From Adineta vaga (lineage: Eukaryota > Animalia > Rotifera): a stretch of DNA of 64,000 nt. Within the stretch, counting starts at the first letter, position 1. The number at the start of each line of letters is the position of its first letter. The position numbers and the translations under genes were made by a program. The notes below the pieces were generated by a model. It made no database searches, was not told where the DNA came from, and saw only the letters and a program-made list of their open reading frames with translations. The stretch spans positions 1,054,001-1,118,000 of the forward strand of contig CP075496.1 of NCBI GenBank assembly GCA_021613535.1, read 5' to 3'. Of this stretch, positions 60,601-64,000 are shown one piece after another.

Positions 60601-63600
60601 GATATCAGATGAAAGATAACAAACGTTTTTTCATTGTTGATGATGGTTCTGATGTTGACAAAGTTGGTGGTGATGTGAAGTATGTTATGCCAGCTAGAGA
60701 AGAAACATGATTTGAATGGTTAAAAGAAAGAGAAATTCGATGGACATCAACTTACCTTGTTTAGTACAACCTAATACTTTCAAACGAAAATATTTGGGTT
60801 TGCCTTCACTTGTTTCAAGAATAGTTAAATTAAGTCCTTTCAAATCAGGAATGATGTCATGATGTACCATTAAACTCGAATCACTTGTAAATGTTAATAC
60901 TTTTCCTGTTTTAGGATCAAGATATGGTGTTCCATCCCAATTCAAATAATATAAACTATATTTCACAATATTAGTTGTTAAATCGTTATACGTTGGTTGT
61001 AGAGCAACTGTTGAAATACTTGTTGCTGCTGTGAAATAGGCTCGAACTGTTGGATTTTGTGTGAGAAATGTAACGCCAGTGCGATTTTCATATGCTTTCG
61101 AAAGATCTGATCGAATATTTGGTGAAGAATATTCAAGCATATTATATGGTTGCAATATATTTGTTATTTGACACCAAGAAGCTACAAGAAGAAAAAAAGA
61201 AATATAATCAATTTCAAATCTTCCCAACGAACCTGCTTTCACTGTTGTAGGATCTGCTTCAGTCTGAGCTTTTGTAGATATTATTAATGGATTACAACCA
61301 TCGATATAAAGTCGAATATTTTTTGGTGCTAAACCATCCATTGTCGCTCTTATGTCAAATGTTACCCTATATGAACGTTCCATATCAACAGTATTGGTTT
61401 GGATTAATGTTCCAACACTACTTCTATATTCAGGATATTCATCCAATGTTGCAATGAATTCATTTACATTAGTTCCATCTGCTCCAGCTAAAATTCCCAC
61501 ACGATCAATTGTTAATGGAATACGTAAATTAACAACAATTGAATATGCATTTGCTTTCGTTGGAAATGTATACCCAGTTGTGCTACTATCTTGAAATGTT
61601 TGTTTATCAACAACTATGTTATTTGCTTTGATGGATGAAATATAGGTAGTTGGTGATGCAAAAACACTTTGAGGATTTGGACAATGACCTAAGAATTAAT
61701 AATAAAAATATGATCTTGTATCAAAAGAAAATTAACTTACGTGAATTCGTAAGTGTTGAGGGTGATATTGTTGTTAATGGTTGACCAAGAATATATGTTG
61801 TAAGTGATGAAGTACAACCTCGAACAGCAAATCGTACATGTCGTGGTGCAGCTTTGTCTGTTGTATCACACAAACGTAGATTGATAAATTTTACACCTTC
61901 ATACCATCCTTCAATAAGTGGAGTATCATTTGATGAAACTAATTCAGGTACAACAGTTCCATTTGGAAAAGTTAATTGTTTTGAATTATAATCATACAAA
62001 GTAACACAAATTTGTCGTACATTACTTGTATCATTATTGTACTCAGGTTGAGTATGCATTTTCGTAACAATAACATTACTTGGTACCAATTTAATCATCA
62101 CTGATGGATTTGTATTTGGAAATGTTATACCTTTTGTATTCTCATAGAATTTACTAAAATCTGATCTCATACCCTTCGAAGTGATTGATTCAACATTGTA
62201 ATATGTAAGAATATTTTTTTCTTCACACAGTGCTAAATAAATCGATAATAGTTAGAATTATATAGATAATTCAATAGAAAACTTACGTCGATTGGCAATT
62301 TTAGTAACAGCTAAATAAACAAAAGATTTATTTTATAAGAATGAATTTCGTTCGATGATTGTTTATTTACCTGAAGGAGTTGTTGAATCATCTTCAATTT
62401 GAGCTTTTGTTCGTAATTGTTCTTCGTTAAAACAACCATTAAGAACAAGTTTAACATTTCTTGGTGGTTGACCATCAATCGTTCCTTGACTGGTTGTAAT
62501 AAGAATGTGTTCAATCGATTCAACATTAACAGAAACAATTTGTCCAACATAACTACCATAGAATGTCGATTCACCGTCATAAGTATCATATAATATATAA
62601 GTGATTGGTCCAATTATATTTGGCGAATTAGTTAAACCAATACTTGTTACACCCTTAATATTTTTTGTTACAATTGACCATTGAAGTTTATTACCAGTTT
62701 TCGCTGTTAAACCAGAAGATGTTAGTGCAAGTGCAGCATAATCAGTTGAACGTTGTCCATTAAGTTCCATTGAAAGGATTTTATTGGTTGGAATTGCCAT
62801 TAAATCAGTTGGATTTGGACATGATTTTACTAGAAAATATAATTGGTCATCTTAAAGAAATCTTTCATTCAAACATACATGAAGTAGGTACAGTTGTACT
62901 TGGAGCAACAGTTGGTACAATATATGTGACTAAATTTGCTAAAGAAGAAAGAAAAAATTGAGAAATGAAAAAGAGAATAGTTTGATTTATCTAACCTTTT
63001 GTATGACATCCAGTAACTTTAAGCCGAAGTCTTTGAACATTATCGTTATTATCAGTTTTTAAAACTTTGACTAAAATTCCTCGAACATCTTGAAAATCTC
63101 CCCAAATAATCGGTTCATTCTCAGGTGAAATCCATGTTAATGGTTGACCGGTCACTTCATTCTGGATAATTTTATCATTCGAATCATAAAATTGTGCTTG
63201 AATTTGTCGAACATTTCCTGGATAGTTTTTATAATCACGCTGAACTTCAACTTTGGAAACATATGCATGTCCATATTCTTTAAATTTGATTAAAACTTCG
63301 GGATCGTTCAATTTACAATTTTCACCATTTCGATCTTCATATGCTTGTGTCATATCCGATTTGCATTTACGAGAGTGAAATTCAAATTTGTCAACGTTGT
63401 CTCTTGTTAAAATATTACTTTCATGGCATAATGCTAAAAGATACACATACAAAATTAATTCGTTTATTCTTTTCATAACTTACGTCTTCTACCACCTTGT
63501 CCCTCACAGATTCGAACGAAGACTTGTAATGTTACATTCGATGCTACAGTTGATGAAGAATCTGTTTGTAAGATTTCCACACGAATACCATAGAATGGAA

Positions 63601-63963
63601 TATTTGGACAGATTTTATCTAAAGCATTATTTTCTCGTCCGAAGTCACTAATATGATTGATTTGCCAATTTTGTAATGCGGGATTTTCAATTGTATGATT
63701 GTTTTCATCAAGATATGATAAACGTATTTGCTTGACATTACTTCGTGGTGTTACAACTTGTACAAGTCCAATATTAATTGGTCGTTTAAAATAAACACGA
63801 AAATATCGTGATCTTGTTGATGGATTGAATTGAAAACCGGTTTTATTATTTCGAATAATCATTTCACGTAATGTGCCAAGTTGTTCACTTGCTTCACTAA
63901 TTTCAATGCGTTGTACATATGTGGAATCTTGCATAACATCATAAATTGGTGAACAATTACATG
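15692..63963 (-). CDS. Giant mucin/adhesive-like multidomain protein (5'-partial): ~28 discoidin/F5-8C-like modules, Thr/Gln/Pro/Gly hexapeptide spacers, TSP1 and two C-terminal cystine knots
   Basis: A continuous minus-strand exon chain with GT-AG introns runs from 63963 to the stop at 15692. Repeated ~150-aa modules begin with Cys and end (L/V)x(I/V)x(G/A)C. TSP1 reads WSEWTPCSRTCGIG...RSR, and the knots read CxGxC...CxCC...CxCxxC twice. Some frameshifts inside repeats look like assembly error. Confidence 0.8.
15722..16240 (-). other. Two tandem C-terminal cystine-knot-like domains (15986-16240 and 15722-15976; 88-aa period)
   Basis: C...CISR..PRERC(G/S)G(Y/Q)CESD...QC(K/T)CC...FDC...I(K/R)SC(S/N)CNVC occurs twice. 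Confidence 0.8.
16572..16718 (-). other. Thrombospondin type-1 repeat
   Basis: CSLSEWSEWTPCSRTCGIGYKTRSR...C...C...C. Confidence 0.9.
18120..30978 (-). repeat. Coding minisatellite, mostly 54-nt units (QTTQPG-QTLAPG-[E/Q]TTVAG), interrupted by three type-B1 modules (~19823-20268, 21646-22091, 29491-29936)
   Basis: Directly visible tandem 18-nt primitives combined into 36- and 54-nt units. Confidence 0.95.
31630..43459 (-). repeat. Coding minisatellite, mostly 36- and 54-nt units (QTTQPG-QTTVAG, with or without QTLAPG), interleaved with type-A and type-B2 modules
   Basis: Tandem gacctggttgtgttgtttggcctgctactgtagttt units. Six near-identical B2 modules (~34929-35372, 35883-36327, 37854-38298, 39258-39702, 41388-41832, 42325-42769) and A modules (~34093-34536, 40552-40993). 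Confidence 0.95.
44842..50647 (-). other. ~5.8-kb intron of the giant gene
   Basis: Donor ATGG|GTGAGT at 50647 after ...KACVEGSM. Acceptor TTTTCAG at 44842 before ASTSPFSTK. No convincing exon in between. Confidence 0.7.
51230..52170 (-). repeat. Intragenic duplicate of ~57450-58390 (type-C module, its exons, two short introns and part of the upstream long intron)
   Basis: Colinear match at an offset of ~6220 nt, near-identical up to ~51970 and clearly diverged beyond. Confidence 0.9.
52949..57465 (-). repeat. Pro/Thr-rich coding minisatellite (QTPPPTVPG, QPTPPG, QSTQPG, QSTLPG units)
   Basis: About 4.5 kb tandem array inside one exon, with a few indels that shift the ORF-track frame. Confidence 0.95.
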
Positions 63964-64000
63964 CTGAAATATTTTAAATGATTTTTTGTTGAAAAAAACA

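Overview
This is AT-rich eukaryotic genomic DNA with dense genes and short (about 50-70 bp) GT-AG introns. The style fits a bdelloid rotifer, which is an inference. The first 15 kb hold the 3' end of GCNA/ACRC (SprT protease + HMG box), MORN3, a decayed rhodopsin-class GPCR, a 63-aa hydrophilic micro-ORF, a decayed PhyH dioxygenase and a two-DNA-binding-domain nuclear receptor (P-boxes CEACKK/CEACKG). They also hold a head-to-head pair of foreign-looking genes: an intronless APH/choline-kinase-like phosphotransferase and an intron-containing Fe-S PD-(D/E)XK nuclease fused to an SF1 (DNA2/NAM7-type) helicase. The remaining ~48 kb (15692 to beyond 64000, minus strand) is one giant gene whose 5' end lies outside the window, roughly 12,000+ codons in-window by my estimate. 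It encodes a beads-on-a-string protein with about 28 Cys-bracketed discoidin/F5-8C-like modules, hexapeptide (QTTQPG/QTTVAG/QTLAPG; QPTPPG) Thr/Gln/Pro/Gly spacers, a recurrent TKAQxE motif, a TSP1 repeat and two tandem C-terminal cystine knots. It is a candidate adhesive, cement or gel-forming secreted polymer. Several stretches inside the repeats look like assembly noise.
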